Of a stretch of DNA of 64,000 nucleotides, positions 39,592 to 53,012 are shown one piece after another. Below the pieces are notes generated by a model. That model made no database searches, was not told where the DNA came from, and saw only the letters and a program-made list of their open reading frames with translations. The position numbers and the translations under genes were made by a program. This DNA comes from the human T2T-CHM13v2.0 reference genome, Homo sapiens: the NCBI RefSeq assembly GCF_009914755.1, contig NC_060937.1; one strand, written 5' to 3'. Numbering within the stretch: position 1 is the first letter of the stretch; the number at the start of each line of letters is the position of its first letter.

Positions 39592-41839
39592 TGTGTTAGT
39601 TCATTCTCATACTGCTATAAAGAACTGCCTGAGATTGGGTAATTTACAAAGAAAAGAGTTTCAACTGACTCACAGTTCAGAATGTCTGGGGAGGCCTCAA
39701 GAAACTTATAATAATGGCAGAAAGGAAAGCAAACATGTCCTTCTCCACATGATGACAAGAAGGAGAAGTGCTGAGTAAAGGAAGAAAGAGCCCTTAAAAA
39801 ACCATCAGATCTCATGAGAACTCACTCACTATCATGAGAACAGCATGGAGGTTAACTGTCTACTTGATTAAATTACCTCCTACCAGGTCCCTCCCATGAC
39901 ACAAGGAGATTATGGAAACTGAAACTCAAGATGAGATGAGGGTAGGGACAAAGACAAATCACATCACTCTTCCCCTGGCCCATCCCAAATCTCATGGCAT
40001 CATATATCAAAATGCAATCATGCCTTTCCACAGTCCTCCAAAGTCTTAGCTCATTCCAGCATTAACCCAAAAGTCCAAGTCCAAAGTTTCATCTGAGACA
40101 GGTAAGTCCCTTCTGCCTATAAGCCTGTAAAATTGAAAACAAGTTAGTCACTTCCTAGATACAATGGGGGTACAGACATTGGGTAAATATTCCCATTCCA
40201 AGTGGGAGAAATTGGCCAAAATAAGGAGACTACAGGCCCTAAGCAAGTTGGAAATCCAATAGGGCAGTCATTAAACCTTAAAGTTCCAAAATGATCTCCT
40301 TTGAACTCCATGTCTCACATCCGGGACACATTGATGCAGGAGGTGGGCTCCCACAGCCTTGAGCAGCTCTGCCCCTGGGGCTTTGTAGGGTACCAAACCC
40401 CTCCCAGGTGCTTTCACAGGCTGGTGTTGAGTGTCTGCAGCTTTTCCAATCATATGGTGCAAGTTGTTGGTGAATCTACTGTTCTGGTTTCTGGAGGATG
40501 GTGGCTGTCTTCTCATAGCTCCACTAGGAAGTGCCCCAGTAGGGACTCTGCATGGGGGCTTCAATCCCACATTTCCCTTTTGCACTTCCCTAGTAGAGGT
40601 TCACCATAACAGCTCCACCCCTGCAGCAGACTTCTGCCTGGACATCCAGGCATTTCCATACATCCTGTGGAATCTAGGTGGAGGTTATAAAACCTAAATT
40701 CTTGTCTTCTGTGCCCCCAAAGGCCCAAGACCACAGGGAAACTGCCAAGGCTTTGAGCTTGCATCCTCTGAAGCAATGGCTCAAGCTGTACCTTTGCCCC
40801 TTGTAGCCACAACTGGAGCTGGAGTAGTTGGGATGCAGGACACCATGTGTCGAGGCTGCATAGGGCAGGCAGACCCTGGGTCCAACACATGAAACCATTT
40901 TTCCCTCCTAGGCCTCTGAGCCTGTGATGGGAGGGACTGCCATGAAGGTCTCTGGCATACCCTGGAAACATTTTCCCCATTGTCTTGGTGATTAACATTC
41001 AGCTCCTTATTACTTACACAAATTTCTGTAGCAGGCTTAATTTCTTCTTTTTTATTGAATGATCAGCCTGCACATTTTCCAAACTTTTATGCTCTGCTTC
41101 CTCTTGAATGCTTTGCTGCTTCAAAATTCCTCTGACTAGATACCCTAAATCATCTCCCTCAAGTTCTACACATCTCTAGGGCAGGGGCAAAATGCTGCCA
41201 GTCTCTTTGCTAAAGCATAGCAAGACTGACCTTTACTCCAGTTCCCAACAAATTCCTCCTCTTCATCTGAGACCACCTCAGCCTGGACTTCATTGTCCAT
41301 ATCACTATCAGCATTTTGGTCAAAGCCATTCAATAAGTCTCTAGGAAGTTCCAAACTTTCCCACATTTTTCTGGCTTCTTCTGAGCCCTCCAAACTGTTC
41401 CAACCTCTGACTGTTACCCAGTTCCAAAGTCACTTCTACATTTTCATGTATCTTTACAGCAGTGCCCTACTCTCTGTAGTATCCATTTACTGTATTAGTC
41501 CATTCTCACACTGCTATGAAGAAATACCTGAGACTCAGTAATTTGAAGAGAAGAGAGATTTAATTTACTCACAGTTCAGCATGGCTGGGGAGGCCTCAGG
41601 AAACTGACAATCATGGTGGAAAGGGAAGCAAACACGTTCTTCTTCACATGGCGGCAGGAAGAAGTGCCAAGCAAAGGAGAAAAAGCCCCTTATAAAACCA
41701 TCAGATCTCGTGAGACTCACTCACTATGATGACAGCAGTATGGAGGTAACTGCCCACGTCGTCTCTCCCATGACACATGGCGATTATGGGAACTGCAATC
41801 CAAGATGAGATTTGGGTGGGGACACATTAAACCATACGA
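39592..41839 (-). mobile_element. THE1D-like MaLR element with both LTRs (39592-39966, 41491-41839) and internal region (39967-41490)
   Basis: Two co-oriented LTRs (aaaaccatcagatctc.tgaga.ctcactcactat) around typical THE1-int text (cagcattaacccaaaagtccaagtccaaag; ctaggaagttccaaactttcccacatttt). Confidence 0.93.
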
Positions 41840-43179
41840 ACCCCAATGTCATCAGTTTATTCCTACCCTTGCAGGGGCCTGGGATTATTAACTTTCAGGC
41901 ACTAGTATGCAAAAGTTTTGTAAAAGTCAGAATCCCTCACTTCTTTCCTGCTGTCTTCACAGGGACCCTGATCCTGGCAGAGACCTGAGGACATTGGCCC
42001 CACCCCTTTTATTGTTTTTGAAGGAAGTAAGGTCGGACTACCTTTGAGTTGGCCATCCTCCTTCATTTACTTATCATTCTTACAGTCATAATGGTCCTCT
42101 TCACAGTACTGGTCTGGGTTAAGGGAAGACCTGGGTACTTGTACAGTCCCCCTTCCTCAGACTCTGCTTAGGGATTGGAGGTCTGCTGTGCTGGACTCAG
42201 TCAAGATCATTCCAGTCCTGCAAGTCCTTATCCCCTTGTTCCACTATAGCTTTGTCTTCTATATTTCCTGTTTCAACAGCAGTAGGCACATTCCTGTGTG
42301 GCTTGGACCTGGCCTCTCCTTCCTCTTTTCTCAATTGTCCTTTGAATTCCATTTTTGGCTCCTTGTGCATGGCTTCTCATTACAGGATTTCTCCATTCCT
42401 TTCCCCACAATCATTCCAGGGGAAAGGATTAGACAGATGGTATCTTCTTTTGGGGAGGCTTCTGATGCTTGAAGTCCACTGGTGCACTTGGGGATGAGAG
42501 TGTGTCACCTATGTCCCCAGGGACAGGGTCACATAGCCAAATATCTATGACGTATACCTGAAGAGCAATTATAGTCTCATGAATGGCTTCCCAGGGGTCT
42601 TTCTTTTAGGAAAATCCTTTTTATTTGGGAGTACCACGCTCACACTCCCCACAACACAGATCAAAAAAGGCACGAGTTTATCCTTGTCTCTGTCTTGTTG
42701 GTTGTCCTGCTCAACAAGGTCAAAAACGTGGAGCAGTAGGAGGTCAATAGTTATCTTTCCCAGACTGTGCCACTTGGTCTGAGATATTTGGGTCTGCAAA
42801 AACCCCTCATTGAACAGGCTCACTAGCCTACTGGTATGGGACTGCCCTAACTTCTGCCCATACCTGTCCTTCAGTTTTGGTACTTCACTGTCAAATAAGG
42901 ACCTCATTTCAGCTGTTTTGCTCCCAGCAATGCTATGAGTGGATCAGCAACACCCTGGGTGGTGTTGTGTGGAATGAAAACTGGTCTTGAGGCCAAGGAG
43001 CAACCAGGATCTGGTGGAGCTCCTTGCACAGGGCCCTTGACTTCTCTCAAGCATGGTCTGTAACCCCTGGGGTATCTTGGGGCTGGCAGGTGACATGGGA
43101 GTGCAAAGGCAGCCAAGATGCAGAAAATAGTTTCCCTACTCTTTTCCAAACCCAACTCTTACATCTTGGTAGTGTTCTT

Positions 43180-46100
43180 TGAGCACCAAAGATCTTAATT
43201 TGTTGAAGTCCAGTTTATCTGTTATTTTCTTTTGTCGTGTGTGCTTTTGGTGTCTTATTAAATAAACCATTGCCTAATCCAATGTCACAAATATGTACAC
43301 ATGTTTCATGCTATGAATTTCATTGGTTTAGCTCCTAATTTAGGTTTTTGATCCATTTTGAGTTAATTTTTTCTGTATATGGTGTGATACGGGGTTACAA
43401 ATTGCTTATTCGCATGTGACAGTTATCCGTGTACAATTTGATGTAAAGTTATTCTTACCTAATTGAATAGTCTTGGAATCCTTGCTGAAAATCAATTGAC
43501 CATAAATTAGAGAGCTAATCTCTGTAGTCCCAATTCTAATCCATCGATCTCTATGTCTATTTTTATGCCAATACCACATAGTCTTATAATTTCAGCTTTA
43601 TAGTAGGTTTTGAAATTAGGAAGCATGAGCCCTCCAACTTCACTCTCCTTTTGCTATATGTATATATATTTCAGTGAATTATATATATTTCAGTGATTCA
43701 TTGTCCCCTGTATTTTCCTATAGATTTTAGGAATGACTTGTCAATTTCTGCAAAAAAGTAAGGCAATTGAAATTTTGATAATGTTTGCAGTGAATCTGTG
43801 GAAAATTTGGGGTATTATTGTCATCATAAGAATAATAAGTCTTCTAACTCATGAACACAGAGTTTATTTAGGTATTTAATATTTTTTAATAAAGTTTTTT
43901 TTCCTCCTCAGATAAAATCATTCCTAGTTATTTTGTTATTTTGAATCATATTAGAATCCTCAAATTTCTATATCATCTTCTAATGGGGATACTTTTACTT
44001 TTTTCTTTCCAGTCTGAATTATTTTATTTCTTTCTCTCAACTAATAGCCCTGGCTAAAACCTCAGTACAATATTCAATAGATGTGTTGAGAAAAACATCC
44101 TTGTCTTGTTCATAATTCTAGTGTTATACCATTAAGCATGATATTTGCTGTGGGGTTTTCATAGACGCCCTTCTTAACCATAGTTTCTTTTGTGTTTTCA
44201 TCATAAAATGGTGTTGGATTTTTCAAATAAATTTTCTGCATCAATTGAGGTGATTATATGTCTTTTTTAATTTATTCTGTTTATATGACATGTTATATTA
44301 AGTGATTTTTATGTGCCCAAACAAACTTTCATTCCTAGGATAAATTCCACTTGGTCCCTGTAGATAATCCCTTTTGTATGCCCCTGAACTTGTTTATGCA
44401 TCTAGATTTGTTTTACTAGTATTTTGTTGAAGATGTTTACGTGTGTATTCATAATGGGTATTGGTTTTTAGTTTACTTTTCTTGTGATATCTTTATATGG
44501 CTTTATTATCATGGTAATGATTCTTCATGGAATAACTTAAAAAGTGCTTCCTCTGTATCTTGGAAGACCTTGAGAAAGATAAGTGTTACTTCTTTAGACA
44601 TTTGATTGAATTCACTAGTGAAACTATCTGGCTCATGCTTTTGTTGTTACTGTTGGAAGCTTTTGATTACTGACATGATATCTTTATACATTGTAGATCA
44701 AATTCAAACCTTCTATTTCCTCATGAATCAATTTTGGAAGTTTGTGTCTTTCTAGGAATGTGTCTATTTCATCTAAGTTATATAATGTGTTGACAAAAAA
44801 ATCCTCTTAGTATTCTCTTTAATTCACGTTTATTTCTATAAGATACATATTAATGTTGCTGCTTTCATTCCTGATTTCAGTAATTTGAATCTTCTCTCTT
44901 TTTTCCCCTCAGTCTAGCTAAAAGTTCATCAATTTTGTTTACCTTTTCTAAGAATCCACTTTCGGCTTATTGGATGTTCTCCTCTATTGTTTTTCTATTT
45001 CCTATTAGATTTATCTTCACTCTAATATTGAGTATTTCCTTCATTCTATGGCTTTTGGTTGGTTTGGTCTTCTTTTTCCAGTTTCTTAAGATAAAATATT
45101 AGATTGTTGATTTGAGATCCTTATATTAGATTGTTGATTTGTGATCCTTCTTTTTTACAGGTATAAATTCCCCTCTGATCACTTTGTTTGCTGCATTCTA
45201 TGAATATGTTGCTTTGCAGTTTTGGTTTTGTTCCCTTCGAAATATTTTCTAATTTCCCTTACGTTGTTTTCTTTGATCCATTGCTTACTTAGATATGTGT
45301 TAACTTCAACATAATTGTGAATTTTTCAAATTTTCTATTACTATTGACTTCTTATTTCATTCCATTGTGGTGGAAAAAGTATTTTCTATGTTTAAATCTT
45401 TTTCATTTATTGAGTCTGTTTTGTGGAGAATATTTCATGTGCACTTGAAGAGAATGTATATTTGTTGTTATTTGGTTGAGTGTTCTGAAGCTATCAGTGA
45501 GGTGAAGTTGGTTTATACTGTTGTTCAAGTCTTTTAGGTTCTTTTTACACTTATTTCTTTATTTTATTCTGACTGGATAATCTCAATCGACCTCTGTTCA
45601 TGGTTGCTGCTTCTTTCTTCTGGGTTCTCAAATGTGCTCTTATATATCCCTAGTAAAAAATTGATTTCAGTTATTATACTTTTCATTCCAGAATTTCTAT
45701 TTGGTTCTTTTACACATTTTTAAATCTCTTGATTGATATTCTCTATTCTCATGCTTTTTTTTCAGTTTTTCAGACAAAGTTTTCTTTAGTTCTTTTTATG
45801 CATTTAAATTATTTGCATACTGGGCCTCAGATAATATTCATTATCATTTGCTTTTTTTCACAGTTGGATTTTAATACCTTGTTTTTTTATATGTCTGATA
45901 TTTTTTGTTGAGAACCAAGTATTTTCTTTATTATAATGTGGCAACTCTGAAAATCAGATTCTCCTTTTCCCCCAGAGCTTGCTAGACATATTCTTCCTTT
46001 TAATGCTTAATACCAAAAATGTTTCCCCATTATCTCTGCAGAGGGGCTCATTATGGTGCACCTCTTCCACACTGAGCCAGGCAGTATTCATATCTGCCTT

Positions 46101-46770
46101 AGCCTTCCTACTTACTTGTACAGAGCTGTGTTATCAACCAGAGATGTGCACAGAGGGTCTTCTCGAGTCTTTCCTGAGTATGTGTACAGCAAGAATAACC
46201 CTAACCCTTTCTGGATTTCAAGGAACGCTAAAGCCCTTATTCTCCAAAGCTTCTCCTTTCCAGGTTTTCCCCACAAGCTGCTTGTTAAGCCTATTATTTG
46301 CTCAACTATTAACCATTGCTTCAAGTATCAGTGACTCAATCATTTCCTTGTATAAGTTTTAGAAAAATGCCTACAGGTAACAGCTTTAGCACTGGGTAAG
46401 TTCTGAATTAGGTGAGATAAAGACGTTTGTGCTAGTCTTCTAGATAACCACCAGCGGGTCCAAGCAAATAACTATAATGCTTTGCAAATGAGGTCAGTTC
46501 TGCTCTCTCCAGTATCTGTACTGAAATCTAGGCTGTCATTTTCAAGGACAGGATGGGACTGGGACATGGGACTAGGAAGTGAAAATGCCACAAAGTTCTC
46601 TGCTTTTGCAGAGCTTCAGTTGCTTTTCTTGAATGAATACTCCTTGGTGGCAGCAAGCCTTTGGATTGTTTCCAGAGCTCTGAAAAAGTTGATTCTCACA
46701 GTTCTTGCCAGTTTTTTTTCAGTGCTTTTGTGGATGAGGAGCCCTTTACAGTTCCTTATTTACCTATTTT
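43180..46770 (-). mobile_element. Old L1M (L1M4/L1MB-like): ORF2 remnant joined to 5' region, internally deleted
   Basis: Antisense ORF2 text (tttgatccattttgagttaatttt; gaattcactagtgaaactatctgg) to ~45540, then ORF1/5'UTR-like text ending ccagagctctgaaaaagttgattct...gttccttatttacctatttt. Confidence 0.85.
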
Positions 46771-47049
46771 GGCTGCCTCATAGGAATTTGACCATCCACT
46801 TCTTCATTAATCTTACTGCTAATCTCAATTGGAAGCAGAGAAGCCAACCAACATAATATGTGCAAACTTGAAAACATGGAATGCATATATGTACATACAT
46901 TATGATTGTGAATACTTCTCTCATCAATTTCTTTTAATAAACCTACTGATATTATAAATGAAAGTAATTTGCTATATTGAGTCTTTTTCATTTGTTTTTC
47001 TTTGATTAGACTCTATAGGGTGTTCTCCAAATGATAACACAACAATACA

Positions 47050-47119
47050 TTACATTGGTGCAAAAATAATTGCATTACTTTCAATGGCAAAAACTGCAAT
47101 TACTTTTGCACTAACCTAA
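47050..47119. mobile_element. MADE1 with about 10-bp internal deletion
   Basis: ttggtgcaaaaataattgc...aatggcaaaaactgcaattacttttgcactaacctaa. Confidence 0.9.
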
Positions 47120-47747
47120 TAAATAATAGAGCTATAATTTTTTTTAAACTCTACTTTTTTCACACTAATTCAGAGAAAATCAAGTAGTGTCTCTTTGTGA
47201 TTTTAGGACTCATGCATCAAAGTGACAGAGTGGAAGCTTAGAAAATAATGCTCTACTCCCTAGAGCCTGCCTACAGGTCAGGGCCAGATGGCCCTTGTTC
47301 TCTCCTCTGTAAGCAATTGGAGCACTTCTGACCACAGCTGTGCTATGGAGGGAAACGTTCAGTGAGTGGATGTGTGAAATGAAAACCTAAAGAAAGCTTC
47401 CTTCAGCAAGTTTAGACAGGTCCTATCTCTGATTTGTGAGCAAAGAAAAGAAAAAGAACATGGTCTCTGAGTCCTCAGGTAATGGCATGTATGCAAGCTT
47501 ATTTTCCATTGTTAATACTGAACCTAAGTGACATGGACACAATGAAACCCATATTACAAACTGTCTTGAAATGACTGTACTGTCAAATAAAGAAAGAATC
47601 CATGTTGCTAACTACCAAAAACAAATATGTTAAACATTTTATGGCATTTTTAAAGAAATAAAGTAAAATTTTATCTGTTGCCTTTCATATCATTGCATAT
47701 ACATCGAACAACAACAGGCAACAGGCCTGTTTCAAGTTGCTGAAGGT

Positions 47748-47920
47748 TACAGCTGTCAAATAAAATATAAGATGTCTAATTATATTTGAATTTCAGATTA
47801 AAAATAAAGTTTTAGTTTAGCTTGGTTGCATGGGACATATATACTAAAATTAATTGTTTAACTGAAATTCAAATTGAAATGCATACCTTTTATTTTTATT
47901 TGCTAAATTTGCCAAGTTTA
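47748..47920. mobile_element. MER53 palindromic hAT MITE
   Basis: tttgaatttcagat...tgggacatatatactaaaa...ctgaaattcaaatt...tatttttatttgctaaatttgccaa. Confidence 0.75.
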
Positions 47921-49699
47921 CTGGGGGATACAACTGTGATTAAGACATGAATACTGGCTGCTGTTTTGAATATTACCAGGTAAGAAGAGGAGTAATTAGA
48001 TACAGAGTTAGAATATAGAAATTTTCAATCAATGAGTTGCTTCAGAGGCTATAAAACCACTTTTTAGGGTGGTCAGAAAAGGTTTTTGAAAATAGAGATG
48101 CAATGCCTACATTAAACATTGAGTCATCAATTAGAGGAAAAGTGTAAGGGAAAGAATGCTTTGGAAAGAAAGAATAGCTTGCATAAGCTCTCAAAAGCAT
48201 AAAAGAACTTCATTGAAAAATTATAATTAATTCATAATTACAGAGCTTTGGGCAGCAGGTGGAAATTTGATATACAAGTTGTAAAATCTCATATAGATGA
48301 GATAAGCAAAGTCAGAAAGACAGAGATGAATGCCATATTCAATGAATTATATATAAAAAGGATATTGGTGACCACATGTCCATAGTTCACTAGCTTACTT
48401 CAATTAGTTTTCTTTCAGCTTTCAGAAGAATAGTGTATTTGATTTTGATTTTTTAAATTAATGTATCACCATTATTGTTTTTGTTTTGCCTAATTTCCCC
48501 TCATTAGGAGGCTGTTTTCAACAAATACATCCTAATGTTCCATATACAAGGTATAAGTCATGGGGGCAACGTCTCAGTCAACACTTTTATCTGGCAAATT
48601 TTTGCAGTGTTTACCAATTTTTTATTATGCAGGAAATTGCTTTTTACTGCTTTGGAAAAATAAAAGTTTATTTTGTAGGTGAAGCATCAATTCGTATTTT
48701 AAGATTAGAGAAAATGTGTTTATTTTCTTCCTCAAATTCTTTAGGCATTGTTTCTCTCTACCTGCTTAGATAGCCAATGTGCTCATGGGAAGCACTAAAC
48801 CAAGCAGCTGAAGTGCTTCTACCAAATAAGAGTTGCTTCTGCAACAGGCTGGAGGAGGCAGTATTTCCAGTGTAACACATTTGCTGAGAGCACCAGTGAA
48901 ACAAGAATCATGGAATCATTGAGCATTAGATCTGCAAGGACCCTTGAGGCAGCTCATGCCTTGTTTTCAATTGAGAAAACGGTGGCTTTGAGCAGGTTAT
49001 TGATTTCTCCAAAGTCACACAGCTAGTTGCTGTCAAAATCAGAACTAGTACCTAGTTCTTCTGTCCTCTGCATGGTGCTTTGTGTATTACCTTTCTTACC
49101 CAAAAACTTCCCAGATCTCAGTATTACCAGGGCTGGAATGGCAGATTTTCAAAGATGGTCTAATGACAAGAGCAACAGAGAAATGGGGGGAAAGATAGCA
49201 TCAGGGAAGAGCAGACAGAGAAGCTCAGTGTTACAGAACTTAGGGCGCACTAGAACCACAAACACAGAAGACACAGACAGCAGCTGGGGAAGAGTCCCTA
49301 CCAAGATCCAGCACGTAGTCAGTCTCTAAAGGCTCAGCATCTCATGCCAACAGGGCAGGGTACCAGGAAAAACAACTGCTTGCAAGCCACAGTCCAGAGA
49401 CACGCAGAAGGAATGTGGAAGCTTGAAATGTGTGATCAGTGAGGGGCAATGCCAACAAACCAGGACCAGAGTGAATACATACACTCATTCATGCAGCGAC
49501 TGGCTGAAAACCAGACCTAAGGCTCTGGCTGGCTGAAAGGCTACTCTGAAGCCTCCTGGATCTGCTCTTTCTGTCTTAAGAGAAACTTGCTTCATCTGAG
49601 CAGAGTGAGAAAGAGGTAACTATTATTAAATCTGTTCATATATCTCACTTTTATGGAGCATCTATGAGCATGTTTTTCACTTTACATTAATTCTAACCA

Positions 49700-49855
49700 A
49701 AATTTATTATGCTTGCTGTTATTATCTTCATTTTACAGATGAGGAAACGGAGCCTTAAAGATTTTCAATATTTTATCCCAGGTCACATAATTGTAAGTAA
49801 GAGAGGCAACTCAAATCTAATTCTGCCTAAGGCCAAATCTCAGTTATTTTCCACT
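49700..49855 (-). mobile_element. MIR fragment
   Basis: cattttacagatgaggaaacggagccttaaag...cccaggtcacataattgtaagt. Confidence 0.75.
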
Positions 49856-50094
49856 TTGCGTGGTGAATCGATCCCGACAGGAGAATGGAGGTGAGGTGAG
49901 CGTGGTGCCTGGTAGAGGCAGCCCCACTGAATTATAGGGGAGGCGGACCCAGAGCTTGGTCTACAGTAATAGGGGTGGAGTTGAGGAATTGGGGATGAGG
50001 ATGGAACTGGAGCATTAAATGAGTCCTATATATCCAGGGAGGACGTCCACTTTTGAGGCTGGAACGTATTTCAGGGCTTATCAAGAAATGTTCA

Positions 50095-50427
<333 letters not shown>

Positions 50428-50435
50428 TCATGAGG

Positions 50436-51185
50436 CCCTCTTGTGCTGCAACCGGCTCATGTGAACTTGTGAGAGGTGGTGTTACATTTATAGGAGTTTT
50501 TCCAGCTGGTTCTTAAATACGGCCATTATTAAATTATATAAACAAAGCTACAATTAAATTGATTGTACCAAAACCAAGGTAAATATTCAAAGCTCATTAT
50601 TTTCTAGTGATTTTTACTCTATTTTGCTCTTCTGGGTGTGCTAGAGTTATTTATGTCTATTATTTCTGCAGTGAAAAGGGCCTGCTGCTTCCTGCGCCCC
50701 TCTTCTGAGCTCTATGCTCCGTGGCTTCACATGAATAGCAGAAACTTCTCCATGATGGGAGTATTTAAACAACAGAAATTAACAAATGCTATACACTGGG
50801 GCTTGATTGTTGTTTTGTGTACTGCCTATTTCAGAGAACTGCTTTCGAAAAAAAGTAAGGCAGATTAAGTAAAAGTGTATTATATCTTCCATTACCTTGT
50901 AAATAGAAAAAATATTGTCAAATCATAGTTGATTTACAACTATTACTTGGCTATGAATATAAGATACAAGAGTTTGGCAAAACTAAATAAAAATCTTTCT
51001 GTGAAAACCAATTGGCTATACAAAATTTACAATAAAGATGATGTATTGTTTATTGCTATTTATAGATTATATGGCATACTTTTATATATCAATAAAATAT
51101 TTTAAAATTGATCTACATATACCTACATACACATTTTATTTTTTTCTGGAGGGCCAATTGTTACATATTTAGCAGTCTACCACAG
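50436..51185 (+). mobile_element. MER63-family (hAT-Blackjack) DNA transposon fossil
   Basis: tgtgctgcaaccggctc...gccattattaaattatataaac...catgatgggagtatttaaacaacagaaatt...gccaattgttacatatttagcagtctaccacag. Confidence 0.75.
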
Positions 51186-52696
51186 AATGAGGGTGGTGAT
51201 CAAATTACTGAGGTAAGTGCTACAGGATGGCACCAGTCAACATACGAATGTCAGAAGTGGAATGGAGTCAGTAGACAAAGCAGAAGCTGACCACACTGTT
51301 TAAAAGCCCTTGTATTATTTCTTGCAAAGAAGCTGCGTCAATAGTGATGGTCTTATCAATGTGGCCTTTTAGTTGAAGTCTCTCTTGGCATCATAAATAG
51401 GCACTTGCAGAAAACAGAACAGAATATTTGAAGTTGAGGAGATTCAGTAATGCTTATGGACATTCACCAAAACTGTAGGATCAAGGCGAAGGGGAATTGG
51501 AGGAGAGATTATGAAAATCCACGTCTCTATTACTGCCTTTGCATGGAGTTGGACACATTTACAAAGATAAAGTCGCCTGCCTTCCAATTATTCAAATGCA
51601 GAACTCTGGTAAATATATGCATTCCCCTTATTTTTATCTTGATTTATTAATCTTAGCCAATATAAATCAACAGGAAGTTGGTTTTCTAGATATGATGCAT
51701 CTCGGATAAATTATAATTCCACGTGCATTTTTCATTAAACCCTTCCTGTTCACAGAAACACTTTTGTTTATGTATAAAGTTTTTCATGCAGTTTTATTAA
51801 AAATTGAGCTTCTCTCTTCATTAATCTATGGAGTGATATTGCAGAAAACTGTCATTTAAAAATCATTCTATTGCTGTGTAAACTCCAGCAACTTTTCATA
51901 CTGTACTCTGCACACTTTATTTCTCAGGCCTGGGAACCTTTCCTCATTAGATTCCAAGTCACTCCATCTTCTATGATGTGAGTTGCTTTATTGGAAGATT
52001 TATTTTTTTCCCCAAGACTTAAGAATTTTCTTTACCAAGTTAGGAGACTTTTTGATAATATATTTATCTTAAAGATTAGCTGCTTTAAAGCAATTGGTTT
52101 TATTCAAAATCAGTTTTCTCAAGTAGATAACTTTCCTGTTTCACATATGATAATTGAAAGAAAAACACTCATTTTTCTGAAAGCTTTGGGGGGAAAAAAC
52201 GAAAGTAAGGATAGATCTAAAGTATTTTGTTGAATAAAGTCAATCATACACAGAGAATTATAACCATGAGAAAGAATGAATTTTCTATGGCAAATAAGAA
52301 ATGATAAAGCCATTCAATATCATTTTATTCTCTCCCCAAATAATTGAGCTATACTATCACAGGCATATGCCCTTACCTCCATGAAGGACTAGCTATGTTA
52401 CAAACACCGCAAATTGTGAGGAACCCACAAATTAGATACGGAAGGGTGATATATCCTCTGTCATGAAGATATTAAATACAACACAAAATTGGATTACATG
52501 ACAACAGACTTATTTATCAAAAGCATTGAATTAGGCCTCAGATTCCTGTTATAGGAAAGGCATTTTCATAAATTCAACTGCTTGAAAGTACATACTAGTG
52601 AAATATTTGGTGGATTTATGACTAGCTGGAGTGTTGATTCCAACAGTACCATGTGTCATTTATTACATACAGCTTTATTTTGGAATGAGGTTCATC

Positions 52697-53012
<316 letters not shown>

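Larger units (their letters stand above)
37570..43165 (-). mobile_element. Decayed ERVL-class proviral internal region (gag-pro-pol), interrupted by THE1D and a 5S retrocopy
   Basis: Minus-strand translations: LTFTKLLHTSA*KLIIPGP (~41875-41930, degenerate LLDTG protease); FVFTW/GLQYTFTLP (~38950-39008, frameshifted) and HYIDGIL (~38851-38871), matching the RT motifs QYTFTVLPQG and YIDD. Confidence 0.8.

Noticed and set aside
40271-41541. Cluster of 74-145-aa ORFs
   Set aside because: Fragments of the THE1 internal region, broken by stops and frameshifts.
51140-51218. Consensus donor GAG|GTAAGT at 51213
   Set aside because: The nearest acceptor is a weak GAG inside the MER63 end; no convincing exon.
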